Positions 16,412 to 24,813 of a stretch of 64,000 nt of DNA are shown here, piece by piece. A model generated the notes under the pieces. That model was not told where the DNA came from and did no database searches. It saw only the letters and a program-made list of their open reading frames with translations. The DNA is from a virus. Taxonomy: Duplodnaviria > Heunggongvirae > Uroviricota > Caudoviricetes. Location: the IMG/VR virus record IMGVR_UViG_3300046003_006038, positions 1 through 64,000 of that record; one strand, 5' to 3'. How positions within the stretch are numbered: the stretch's first letter is position 1; each line of letters opens with the position of its first letter. Made by a program: the position numbers and the translations under genes.

Positions 16412-16891
16412 TTATTTTTTAATTTTAATTGATTCTACACTAACACCAAACTTCTCTGCTATTTGTTCTAATGTAAGTTCTATGTCTTTAGGTCCTTCTA
16501 TTTCTTTGGCGTATTTCCAATCACAAGTACTGAAAACTTCTTCAACATGTTGATTTATTTCAGATCCATTCCAAGCTATAAATTTACCATTCTTTTTCAT
16601 AAACACTTTCCTTCTCTTCCATGTTTCTTCATTATCTGAAACCATCATCCATCGTTCTTGAAACCCTATGTTCTCAAAAGGGTTTCTAATAAAAGCTGAT
16701 GGGTATTTATCATAATGTTGGTATTTACCATCTAATGTATAAGTTGTATAAGTGACTTTACCTGTCCTAATGGGAAAGAAGTCCTCTAGTTTTACATTAG
16801 TAACTTCTATTTCACCATCAGATATAGTCCAAATAGTATCTCCCACTTTTACACCACTAAGGTCTGCTAATTTTAAAATTTCTTCGTTCAT
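16412..16891 (-). CDS. hypothetical protein
   Basis: ORF in track. Confidence 0.55.
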   Translation of the reverse strand: MNEEILKLADLSGVKVGDTIWTISDGEIEVTNVKLEDFFPIRTGKVTYTTYTLDGKYQHYDKYPSAFIRNPFENIGFQERWMMVSDNEETWKRRKVFMKKNGKFIAWNGSEINQHVEEVFSTCDWKYAKEIEGPKDIELTLEQIAEKFGVSVESIKIKK

Positions 16892-16894
16892 ATT

Positions 16895-17386
16895 TTATTT
16901 TTCTAAAATTACTTTTGCGAATGTAGAATCTACTTTCATCTTCTCCATCAACTCTTTAGCTGACATATTCTTAGCTTCGTCTAAGATCTTTTGTTTTTGA
17001 TCTTTGATATTCAAATCTACTTTAGCTTCTGATGCCATGTTCTTTAACTCTGTTACTACAAAGTTGGATAACTCATGTGGGATTTGTTTAGCAGTTGAAT
17101 CTGTTGTTAAGAAATTCATTGTTTGACCTCCTGCTACAATTAGTAATGCATCTTTCTTACTTGGAGTAAAGATAAATAAACTCCAGAATAAAAATGCAAA
17201 TGGATAGGACCACCACATCCACTTTCTAGCTTGTACAGCTGAATCATCTTCACCATTACCTCGGCAAATAAAATTAACTACTGTTGAAATAACTACTACA
17301 GCTGTAAAAATAAATAATCCTACTTTAAACATGTCCCTTGCATTGTCTGCAACTGTTAACCAATAAAATAATTCTGTGTAATTCAT
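16895..17386 (-). CDS. membrane protein (2 TM)
   Basis: ORF in track; hydrophobic helices. Confidence 0.55.
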   Translation of the reverse strand: MNYTELFYWLTVADNARDMFKVGLFIFTAVVVISTVVNFICRGNGEDDSAVQARKWMWWSYPFAFLFWSLFIFTPSKKDALLIVAGGQTMNFLTTDSTAKQIPHELSNFVVTELKNMASEAKVDLNIKDQKQKILDEAKNMSAKELMEKMKVDSTFAKVILEK

Positions 17387-17389
17387 AAC

Positions 17390-17450
17390 TTATTTGTTTT
17401 TATTATTATAACTAAATATACGAAATATATTCTTAGGAGGCAACTATTTT
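17390..17450 (-). promoter_or_regulatory. phage-family promoter element (variant)
   Basis: ataactaaatatacgaaat...ggcaact. Confidence 0.5.
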
Positions 17451-17794
17451 AGCCCTAATTTTTTTCTTTTCCAATTTTCTTTTGAAGCGGTTGCAAACAT
17501 ATCATCAATTCTTTTCTTATTTTTGCTCCATATAGGAATAACACCTACATATTCTATATAGTAAGGAAACAGCCAATGAATTCTCCAAGATTTTTCTATA
17601 TCCTTCTTTAAGTATTTTGGTTCTATTTTATAACAATACTCTGATTGATATACCTCGTACTCATCTGATATCTTATTTAGATATTCTTCTAAAAGATTGT
17701 CATTAAGTATACCTTTGTTTTCAAGAATGAAAAAACTTGACAATATAACTGTTAATATAACTGCTAGAATTGTTAAAATTAATAAAAATACCAT
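17444..17794 (-). CDS. membrane-anchored protein
   Basis: N-terminal TM helix; ORF in track. Confidence 0.55.
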   Translation of the reverse strand: MVFLLILTILAVILTVILSSFFILENKGILNDNLLEEYLNKISDEYEVYQSEYCYKIEPKYLKKDIEKSWRIHWLFPYYIEYVGVIPIWSKNKKRIDDMFATASKENWKRKKLGLK

Positions 17795-17796
17795 AA

Positions 17797-18030
17797 CTAC
17801 TCCTGTTTTTCTTGTTTTACTTCTTCTGTTGATTCTTCCTCCGGCTTGAGTACTTTCAACAAATACAATCCTAAGAATGCAAACGCTACACCTACTATTG
17901 CAAGTACCACTATTCCTAAGTTGAATAAATAACTATCTGGTCTATTCATTAAGTATAATCCTAAGTCCATTAATTGCACTAACCCAAAGGCTAGTATCAA
18001 TCCTGCTAAAATTTTAATAACTGTTTTCAT
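17797..18030 (-). CDS. small two-TM membrane protein
   Basis: ORF in track. Confidence 0.55.
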   Translation of the reverse strand: MKTVIKILAGLILAFGLVQLMDLGLYLMNRPDSYLFNLGIVVLAIVGVAFAFLGLYLLKVLKPEEESTEEVKQEKQE

Positions 18031-18133
18031 ATCAACTATCGTTTATCGTTTATTAGTTCATACAGTACTATGCAAAATCCAATAGTAGCTGCTATTAATA
18101 TAATATTAAGGCAAATTTCAAATACACTTTCCA

Positions 18134-18334
18134 TTACTTACTTGAATTATTGTTTCTAAATAAAATTCCACATAGGATATTAATTCCTAATGCTTGCCAA
18201 AAGCCGATTGGATTGAATCCATCTGCTGCCCCTACTAAAGTATTGTTCCAAAGCCATTGTGTTGGCCATGCTAATACAATTGCTACTACAACTAGCATTC
18301 CTAATGCTGCTAATACTATTCCTAATTTTTCCAT
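18134..18334 (-). CDS. small two-TM membrane protein
   Basis: ORF in track. Confidence 0.5.
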   Translation of the reverse strand: MEKLGIVLAALGMLVVVAIVLAWPTQWLWNNTLVGAADGFNPIGFWQALGINILCGILFRNNNSSK

Positions 18335-18336
18335 AA

Positions 18337-18549
18337 TTACAATTCGTTTTCTTTTGTCCCTGAAAGTGCATCTACGTCTGCATACTTAGCATTTACTTGC
18401 TCAGCTAATACCTCTCTCAGCATTTTAATATTTTCTGATCCTACTTCCCGTAAAGCTCTCAAAGGTGATTTGTAGAGCTTAGGATGTATTTTTCCATTTT
18501 TCAGCACTACCTGAAAATAGTTTTTTGACTTCTCTGCTGCTTTTGTCAT
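18337..18549 (-). CDS. hypothetical basic protein
   Basis: ORF in track. Confidence 0.5.
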   Translation of the reverse strand: MTKAAEKSKNYFQVVLKNGKIHPKLYKSPLRALREVGSENIKMLREVLAEQVNAKYADVDALSGTKENEL

Positions 18550-18555
18550 TGTATT

Positions 18556-18792
18556 CTAGTCTATGTATATTAATTTTCCTTGTTCATCTTCTATTTTTGT
18601 TACTTGCATTTTCTTATCCAAATTCTCCAGCACTACTCGTCCGTTCATTTGGAAGTACATATTGAAGGCTTGTGCAAATGTTTGAAAGTCATGTGTCAAG
18701 TAGGCTCCCTTGTGCTGAAGGTAGTATTCGTAAAACCAAGCCAGATCATACTGGCCTGATTTTCTCATCTGTATGTATTTTTCCCTATCCAT
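18556..18792 (-). CDS. hypothetical protein
   Basis: ORF in track. Confidence 0.5.
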   Translation of the reverse strand: MDREKYIQMRKSGQYDLAWFYEYYLQHKGAYLTHDFQTFAQAFNMYFQMNGRVVLENLDKKMQVTKIEDEQGKLIYID

Positions 18793-19616
18793 TAGTTAAT
18801 GAATGCTGTTGCTAATTTAAAAAGCTTTTGATTAACTTCTAAATCTTTTTCGAATGACTTAATCTTTCTAACCTTTCTTACTTTAGCACCATTTAATGCT
18901 GCTGAATATCCTCCTTGAGTAATCTTCTCCTGGATTACATTAAATACTTTCCAAAGGTCATTTCCTTTATCTTCCTCTCTTGTAGGAGTTAAAACGTCTT
19001 GAATAGTTTCTTCATCCCATACAGCATCGATTCTATTAGTTCTCAACTGCATTGCATCGATAGCTAATTGTCTCTGCTCTACAGGGGTTAATTCTCTTAA
19101 CTGCATTTTGTTAAGAATCTGTACCTTATTAGGAAGATCAGCTACTGCTTGAGATACTACACCTCTTAATTCTTCGAAGGTATACCCTTTGTGACGGATT
19201 TTAAATGCTGAGAATTCCTCATCAGCTACTACAAGTCCATTTGAGCATACTAATCTGTAGATACCAACTCTAAATTGAAATGAATTAAATCCATCATGAG
19301 AGTTAGTTAAAATGATTCTCGGAAAAGCATCATCACCATTCTTACCTTTAATCATAAGATCTGGATTCTGAAATGATATCATGTGCTTGGAGAAGATTGT
19401 AGTCTTATCAGACTTTCTAGCCTTTCTTTGAGAGGCTGTTACTGGTAACCATCCTAACTTTTCTAAGTCATCGATGATAGTTTCAGTATTAACATGTAAG
19501 TATTTATCACTTACTTTGTTGCTTGTCGGCTCTGTAGCAAATGCTACTGGTGCTAAAGCTTTTACTTGATCTTTTGAAAGGTAAGAATCTAAACCTGTGT
19601 TGAATTTTGATAACAT
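18792..19616 (-). CDS. DUF932 (phage/plasmid-like) family protein
   Basis: LTNSHDGFNSF matches the conserved NSHDGS motif of DUF932. Confidence 0.55.
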   Translation of the reverse strand: MLSKFNTGLDSYLSKDQVKALAPVAFATEPTSNKVSDKYLHVNTETIIDDLEKLGWLPVTASQRKARKSDKTTIFSKHMISFQNPDLMIKGKNGDDAFPRIILTNSHDGFNSFQFRVGIYRLVCSNGLVVADEEFSAFKIRHKGYTFEELRGVVSQAVADLPNKVQILNKMQLRELTPVEQRQLAIDAMQLRTNRIDAVWDEETIQDVLTPTREEDKGNDLWKVFNVIQEKITQGGYSAALNGAKVRKVRKIKSFEKDLEVNQKLFKLATAFIN

Positions 19617-19619
19617 AAC

Positions 19620-19690
19620 TTTTTGTTTTTAATTGATTTCTATACCTAAATATACGAACAAAGATTCGTTCTAGCAACTAACTCACAAAC
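19620..19690 (-). promoter_or_regulatory. phage-family promoter element (variant)
   Basis: tatacctaaatatacgaac...agcaact. Confidence 0.5.
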
Positions 19691-19706
19691 TTTTTTTAAT
19701 TTATTT

Positions 19707-20042
19707 TTACAGAACTTCAGTTAATATCCTCCAACTCTTTAACATATTACCATCAAGAGTTACCTCAACCGGTTTTCCTTTTAATCTATCCACGGAGTCC
19801 ACCTTAGCTTCCTTTAATAACTTTGAAACATATCTCATGATTTCAGCATACCATCCATCTCTATCCTCTTCTGACCATTTTGTATGTTCTGACCATTTTA
19901 TTTGCTCTGCATCCCAATTAGCTTTTGAATCGCCAACTCCCCAGCTTCCAGCACTTAATGTAACATGAAGTCCTAACATTGCTCCTTGATAACCGCCAAG
20001 GCCAAAACTTACTGATTCAATTTTTCCTAACTTCTTTTCCAT
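19707..20042 (-). CDS. hypothetical protein
   Basis: ORF in track. Confidence 0.55.
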   Translation of the reverse strand: MEKKLGKIESVSFGLGGYQGAMLGLHVTLSAGSWGVGDSKANWDAEQIKWSEHTKWSEEDRDGWYAEIMRYVSKLLKEAKVDSVDRLKGKPVEVTLDGNMLKSWRILTEVL

Positions 20043-20052
20043 AACTTTTAAT

Positions 20053-20304
20053 TTAATCTACAAGACCTAACGTCTTGGCCCTATAGTAACTTACTTCTTT
20101 ACCTGTTTTAGGATTTAAGAACATTTGTTTTGTTTTAGGAAGATTGGCCTTAATCTTTTCCTTTTTAGCAAATTCTTCTAAATAACCTTTAGGGTATTCG
20201 AACTCTGCCTTCTCTATACCAGATGTAATACTATGTGTCCTATATGTATAAGTTGTAATAATTCCAGTATGCTCACAAGTGAAGATTGATACTAATTTTT
20301 TCAT
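20053..20304 (-). CDS. hypothetical protein
   Basis: ORF in track; ATGA-coupled operon 20929-20053. Confidence 0.55.
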   Translation of the reverse strand: MKKLVSIFTCEHTGIITTYTYRTHSITSGIEKAEFEYPKGYLEEFAKKEKIKANLPKTKQMFLNPKTGKEVSYYRAKTLGLVD

Positions 20305-20603
20305 AAACTTTTATCTTTTAGTTCCTTAATCAGCAGGAATGTATCAATAGCTTCATCTGACATCTCCCACTCTTCGTAATGCTTCAGGCAATTCTCTAGA
20401 GCTATTATCCACTCTTTTGATGTAAGTGAGATTTCAAAAGATGTATCTATTCCCTCCATCTCTATTTCAAATAAGAGAGCTGTCTTCTTACCGCTCTTCA
20501 TAGCTTCCTCAATGCCCTCTCGAATATTGTTTGTCATATCGACTGACTTTTCTCTGAAGATTTGTTCTAACTCCTGTAGGTCTTCTATCTCTAATTTCCT
20601 CAT
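20301..20603 (-). CDS. hypothetical protein
   Basis: ORF in track. Confidence 0.55.
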   Translation of the reverse strand: MRKLEIEDLQELEQIFREKSVDMTNNIREGIEEAMKSGKKTALLFEIEMEGIDTSFEISLTSKEWIIALENCLKHYEEWEMSDEAIDTFLLIKELKDKSL

Positions 20604-20929
20604 ATACGATTGCTATTTGATAATGATTTTTGATTGACTGGCATCTCTGGATTTGTTACGATTGTTTCTGTATCCATTCTGATTACTTCTACATTTGATT
20701 GTACAATATAGACTGGACCATTATACTCGTATGTATGCATTGGTACATTGAACATACTATCTCCTAAGCCTGGCTGTTTGATAGGCTCAGTTATTCTTCT
20801 CTTTCCGTCAAATGATCTGAATTCTCTAGCTGTAGTACGGTACCAATTACCTTTTATACAAACCTCACATACTCCTGAGGTATTAAAGTCGTATATTAAT
20901 TTTGCGGTATTCCCTGTCTTCTCTGCCAT
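20600..20929 (-). CDS. hypothetical protein
   Basis: ORF in track. Confidence 0.55.
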   Translation of the reverse strand: MAEKTGNTAKLIYDFNTSGVCEVCIKGNWYRTTAREFRSFDGKRRITEPIKQPGLGDSMFNVPMHTYEYNGPVYIVQSNVEVIRMDTETIVTNPEMPVNQKSLSNSNRI

Positions 20930-20931
20930 AA

Positions 20932-20985
20932 CCTTTATTTTTTTATTTACCTAAATATATGAATAAAATCTCTACTAGGCAACTT
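20932..20985 (-). promoter_or_regulatory. phage-family promoter element (variant)
   Basis: tttacctaaatatatgaat...ggcaact. Confidence 0.5.
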
Positions 20986-20986
20986 T

Positions 20987-21361
20987 TTATTGAAGAAGTT
21001 TTATTCTTGTATACCCGTCAATATGTATTTGATTTTCACCTTCACCAGATGCTCCTTTAATAGGAATAAATAAATGCTCATGCTCTATTCTTAGCCTACG
21101 TACAATATTCTCAAACAAATACTTTTGTACATGTCTGTTATCTACAGGAAAATCGTATGCAAAAATATCATCATTACAATACCCTCTCATAGTCTCTATT
21201 GTAGGTACTTTAAAGATCAGTACTTTATTTTTAAAGAGCTTCTGAATGTAATAGTCAATTGCTCTTGTAGTATTTCCATACCTTCTAATACTACAATACC
21301 CTACCTCCTTAGCTCTTCTGTTAATGAAGTCTTCTACGTCTGCATTTATTAAATATTCCAT
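20987..21361 (-). CDS. hypothetical protein
   Basis: ORF in track. Confidence 0.55.
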   Translation of the reverse strand: MEYLINADVEDFINRRAKEVGYCSIRRYGNTTRAIDYYIQKLFKNKVLIFKVPTIETMRGYCNDDIFAYDFPVDNRHVQKYLFENIVRRLRIEHEHLFIPIKGASGEGENQIHIDGYTRIKLLQ

Positions 21362-21398
21362 AACCTTTATCTTTTTATTTATACCTAAATATATGAAC

Positions 21399-21947
21399 TT
21401 AATTTCTATTCTGCAACAGATTTAATAATTTATTTACATCACCTATCATTATTTTTTTGTGAAGCTCTCCTTGTATCTCTCTTGTGTAGTGGTATCCATC
21501 AGGATCAAGGGACTCTACAGGCTTCCCTAAGATATCGCTAACCAGTGTGTTGGGTATTGGTACTCCACCTTTTTTAAGCATTATATGTTCCATTGCACCT
21601 GAGAATTCTCCCCAAGCTCTGTTCATCTTAATATCCTCTTGGCTCATCTTTATTAGCCCTTCCTTTCCTTGTATACTTCCGTCTGTTCCTGCGGCAATAG
21701 ATTTTCTCCCCAGTTCGTCCTTGTAGATCTTTACTGTTACAATCCTACCATCCCTTCTAACAAGTTTTGCTAATCCTGTCTTGTTAATTAAATCTTCTTT
21801 AGATTTTGCAGATTTGAATCCTCCTATAGATGCATAACTTTTCTGTAACATGTCCCATATTTCATCTATGTATGGAGCTAGTTGCTGGCTTGTATGTAAA
21901 TTTACATATCTCTCAAACAGTATATTTGCTATTGTTAATTGCTGCAT
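21399..21947 (-). CDS. hypothetical protein
   Basis: ORF in track. Confidence 0.55.
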   Translation of the reverse strand: MQQLTIANILFERYVNLHTSQQLAPYIDEIWDMLQKSYASIGGFKSAKSKEDLINKTGLAKLVRRDGRIVTVKIYKDELGRKSIAAGTDGSIQGKEGLIKMSQEDIKMNRAWGEFSGAMEHIMLKKGGVPIPNTLVSDILGKPVESLDPDGYHYTREIQGELHKKIMIGDVNKLLNLLQNRN

Positions 21948-21968
21948 GTATGTTTTTTTATATAAATA

Positions 21969-22571
21969 CTACCCTATCATGTTTTCCTTAATTGCTCGTA
22001 CAACATCTGATATGTCTTGAAATCTATGATCTTGTTGTGAGTATGATAACCTGTAGGGTACTTCAAAACTTCTAATAAACATTATTACTTCTTTAAAATC
22101 TAATAACTCATCTTGTGTTGATAAGAAAAAGGAACTACTGTTAATACTCTGTGCAGTGTAGTTTTGAATCATTGCTTGGTATATTGTTCGTAGTTCATTC
22201 AGAAACTCGTAAGTAACTTTAAACTGCTCCTGAGTCTTATAGTTTGTAACAGTCTCTCCATTGTGTCGAGTAAGAGTAAGATGAGGTGTGAACGAAGGAT
22301 TTATTATATAAAAATAGTAAGACATCTGATCACAATATATAGTGCTCAGGTACATTGCATAGAACCCACCTAGAGACGTTCCTACTATATGTACTTCATG
22401 TCCCTTGTACAGATCTAAAATTGTACGCAAATGCTCAATAGCCTTCTCAGGCTGGTATGATAGTTGAGGTGCATGTATGAGTACGCTGTCAGGAAACTGT
22501 ATCGATAACTCTACAGCTTTTTGCCCTGGTCCTGAATTGAATCCATGAATATTTATGATAACCTTTTTCAT
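21969..22571 (-). CDS. alpha/beta-hydrolase fold esterase (YqiA-like)
   Basis: IHGFNSGPG ... GTSLGGFYA (GxSxG nucleophile elbow); ~200 aa. Confidence 0.5.
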   Translation of the reverse strand: MKKVIINIHGFNSGPGQKAVELSIQFPDSVLIHAPQLSYQPEKAIEHLRTILDLYKGHEVHIVGTSLGGFYAMYLSTIYCDQMSYYFYIINPSFTPHLTLTRHNGETVTNYKTQEQFKVTYEFLNELRTIYQAMIQNYTAQSINSSSFFLSTQDELLDFKEVIMFIRSFEVPYRLSYSQQDHRFQDISDVVRAIKENMIG

Positions 22572-22574
22572 TGT

Positions 22575-22625
22575 AATTTTTCTATACCTAAATATATGAA
22601 TATGTATTTATATAAGCAACTACTT
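22575..22625 (-). promoter_or_regulatory. phage-family promoter element (variant)
   Basis: ctatacctaaatatatgaat...agcaact. Confidence 0.5.
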
Positions 22626-22731
22626 TTTAAACAATTTAAAAAAATCTGTACTTATATTTTTCTCTCTTAATTTTTCATTCAACTCATGCTGTTTGACTAA
22701 TTGATTGGCAACTATTCTTTCTCTGGAAGGT

Positions 22732-23397
22732 TTAGTCTTCTTCTTCTTTCCCATAGTTATTATAATTTTCTGAGATATAGTTTCTAGGGTCGGTAGGGTT
22801 GATTTCTTCTTTCCAGAGTCCTAATGATTTTAAATGCTCTTTCATTGTATCATCCACCTCCCAGTCAAAACTACCAACCTGTCTATCAACAGAATCTTCC
22901 ATTGCAAGGACTTGCCTGTCAGTAATGGGAGATACCGAGTATAGAAAAGAACAGTTATAGCACATAAGTTCTATATTAGAAAGCTCGTAATTTGTTTTGT
23001 TTTTATCTTTGAACTGAAGTATCAAAGGTATTTTATGATCTGTTAACCTCTCTTCGTGAAAGCCGCATTTACAGCATTCCTCCTTTAAGTACCCTTCAAA
23101 GATTAACCTCTGTTTAATTTTAGCCGGTTCAAAGCTATTAACCGGAATCTTTCCTTCTATTAGTTCTTTGAGAGGAGCTTGTTTACCCTTGTTAGGTAAG
23201 TATTTAGGTATACCAATACCTGATTGATTTTTATGAGCCTCCCATAAAGTTACCCCTTCCTCATTTACATATGTTCTAGCAAACTTCTTATAATGTACAA
23301 AGCTACATCTAAGGAAGCGAGCAGCTCCTCTATTACTTTTAGAGTTCTGCATCGCTCTTAGACAATCATCTTTTGTTATAAATTTAGCTTTTGGCAT
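22732..23397 (-). CDS. HNH-like zinc-binding nuclease-domain protein (putative homing endonuclease)
   Basis: ECCKCGFHEERLTDHKIPL...NYELSNIELMCYNCSF (Cys/His/Asn pattern of HNH). Confidence 0.4.
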   Translation of the reverse strand: MPKAKFITKDDCLRAMQNSKSNRGAARFLRCSFVHYKKFARTYVNEEGVTLWEAHKNQSGIGIPKYLPNKGKQAPLKELIEGKIPVNSFEPAKIKQRLIFEGYLKEECCKCGFHEERLTDHKIPLILQFKDKNKTNYELSNIELMCYNCSFLYSVSPITDRQVLAMEDSVDRQVGSFDWEVDDTMKEHLKSLGLWKEEINPTDPRNYISENYNNYGKEEED

Positions 23398-23802
23398 CTA
23401 TTCGTCGTCTTCTTCTAATTCTAATTCTTCAATACCTTCCAGATCTTCTTCTTCCTCTTCGATGATCTCTTCCTCTAGGTCATCATCCAAGGCTTTACCT
23501 ACAACTGCTACAAGTGCTTTAGCATCATCAGCTAATTCATCTTCATCATAGTTTAACACCTCTAAAGTAACATTTCGTACTCCTCTGGAGGTATTTTCTA
23601 GCTCTTGAAGTTTTCTAGCAACATCTTGATCTAGTACGTCTAATTCTGTTACTGTGTGGTCTCCTTCTCCTATTACTCTAATACGTCCTACCTTTGGCTT
23701 AACATCTGAGCAGTTAACGCAAAAGTCATATCCGAATTTATCTAATCGGAGTTTTGGCATATCATTGCCACATCTTGTACAAGGAATCATTTCTAAATTC
23801 AT
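23398..23802 (-). CDS. DksA/TraR-type C4 zinc-finger protein with polyacidic C-terminal tail
   Basis: CTRCGNDMPKLRLDKFGYDFCVNC fits CxxCG..(I/M)P..RL....P.....CxxC of TraR/DksA. The C-terminal 35 residues are almost entirely D/E. Confidence 0.55.
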   Translation of the reverse strand: MNLEMIPCTRCGNDMPKLRLDKFGYDFCVNCSDVKPKVGRIRVIGEGDHTVTELDVLDQDVARKLQELENTSRGVRNVTLEVLNYDEDELADDAKALVAVVGKALDDDLEEEIIEEEEEDLEGIEELELEEDDE

Positions 23803-23805
23803 AAC

Positions 23806-23870
23806 CGTTTTTATTTATTAATTATATCTAAAGATATGAAATTGCCTCCGAAGAGGCAACTTTTATCTAC
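23806..23870 (-). promoter_or_regulatory. terminator-promoter unit (GCCUC-UUCG-GAGGC)
   Basis: atctaaagatatgaaattgcctccgaagaggcaact. Confidence 0.55.
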
Positions 23871-24271
23871 TATTTTTTTAAACTAGTTATAACATTCCAT
23901 ACCTGCTCAGGTGTTTCAAAGTCTACTGTAATCATATCCTTTCCATCTGAGAGATCTATCTTACCGTCCCAGTTATCTAGGGTAGGTACTTGGTAAATGT
24001 AGTACTGTATTAAAGCGAACTGTTCTTTACTAAAATGTATTTTAAATAGATTCTCTATAATCTGCAGGAACTTCTCTTCATAGACTGACATATCTAATCC
24101 AAGTTCTTCCTCCATAAAGTCTCTCCTGTCCTCTATTTCTCTTAAAAGGATAATATTTTCTATAAAAAGCTTCTTTTCCACTACCTCCCTAGCCATATCC
24201 TTTTCTTTTATCTGAACACTACCCTTTAAGTAGTTGTTTAGTGTTTTCCTTAATTCCTTCTTGAGCACCAT
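23870..24271 (-). CDS. hypothetical protein
   Basis: ORF in track; the start may be a later Met because of the 50-nt overlap with the upstream ORF. Confidence 0.5.
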   Translation of the reverse strand: MVLKKELRKTLNNYLKGSVQIKEKDMAREVVEKKLFIENIILLREIEDRRDFMEEELGLDMSVYEEKFLQIIENLFKIHFSKEQFALIQYYIYQVPTLDNWDGKIDLSDGKDMITVDFETPEQVWNVITSLKK

Positions 24272-24431
24272 ATGTGTAGTTTTTTACTTCAAAAATTATT
24301 AAAAAATCATTCACCGGCAGCATTTTACTTAGTGAGAAGAATTTAACTGCTTCTTCTTTGCTCAATGCCTCTACCACCCCTACTGGTTCTTGTGTTGGGT
24401 CGTTCTTACTGTAAAAACAAAACTTACTCAT
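24219..24431 (-). CDS. hypothetical protein
   Basis: ORF in track. Confidence 0.45.
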   Translation of the reverse strand: MSKFCFYSKNDPTQEPVGVVEALSKEEAVKFFSLSKMLPVNDFLIIFEVKNYTYGAQEGIKENTKQLLKG

Positions 24432-24449
24432 GTTATAATTTATTTATGG

Positions 24450-24791
24450 TTATCCTTTAGCTGCTTGACTTAAAGCATTTATTATTATTTTATTAAGATA
24501 TTCAATGTATATAAAGAAGCCTATAACTGTCTTATCCTTTAGTTCTCTGTCTCTCTCAACAGATAACCCCAGTGAGGATAGTCCTTGATTTAACTTCTGT
24601 TGTAGTTCCATAGCGATGTCATCCTGTTGCTGTCTTGACATGCCTGTAAATGTAGTTGGAAGGAATTGTACCTTCACTCCTTTTTTATTCGGATCTTCAT
24701 TAACATCAATCTTAAGTACAAACTTATGTCCTTTGAAGTTTACTTTTGTTACTTCTGAAAGTATTTGTTTTATTTCGTTTAGTAAAGTCAT
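24450..24791 (-). CDS. hypothetical protein
   Basis: ORF in track. Confidence 0.55.
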   Translation of the reverse strand: MTLLNEIKQILSEVTKVNFKGHKFVLKIDVNEDPNKKGVKVQFLPTTFTGMSRQQQDDIAMELQQKLNQGLSSLGLSVERDRELKDKTVIGFFIYIEYLNKIIINALSQAAKG

Positions 24792-24813
24792 ATTGGTTTT
24801 TTATATAAATAGT

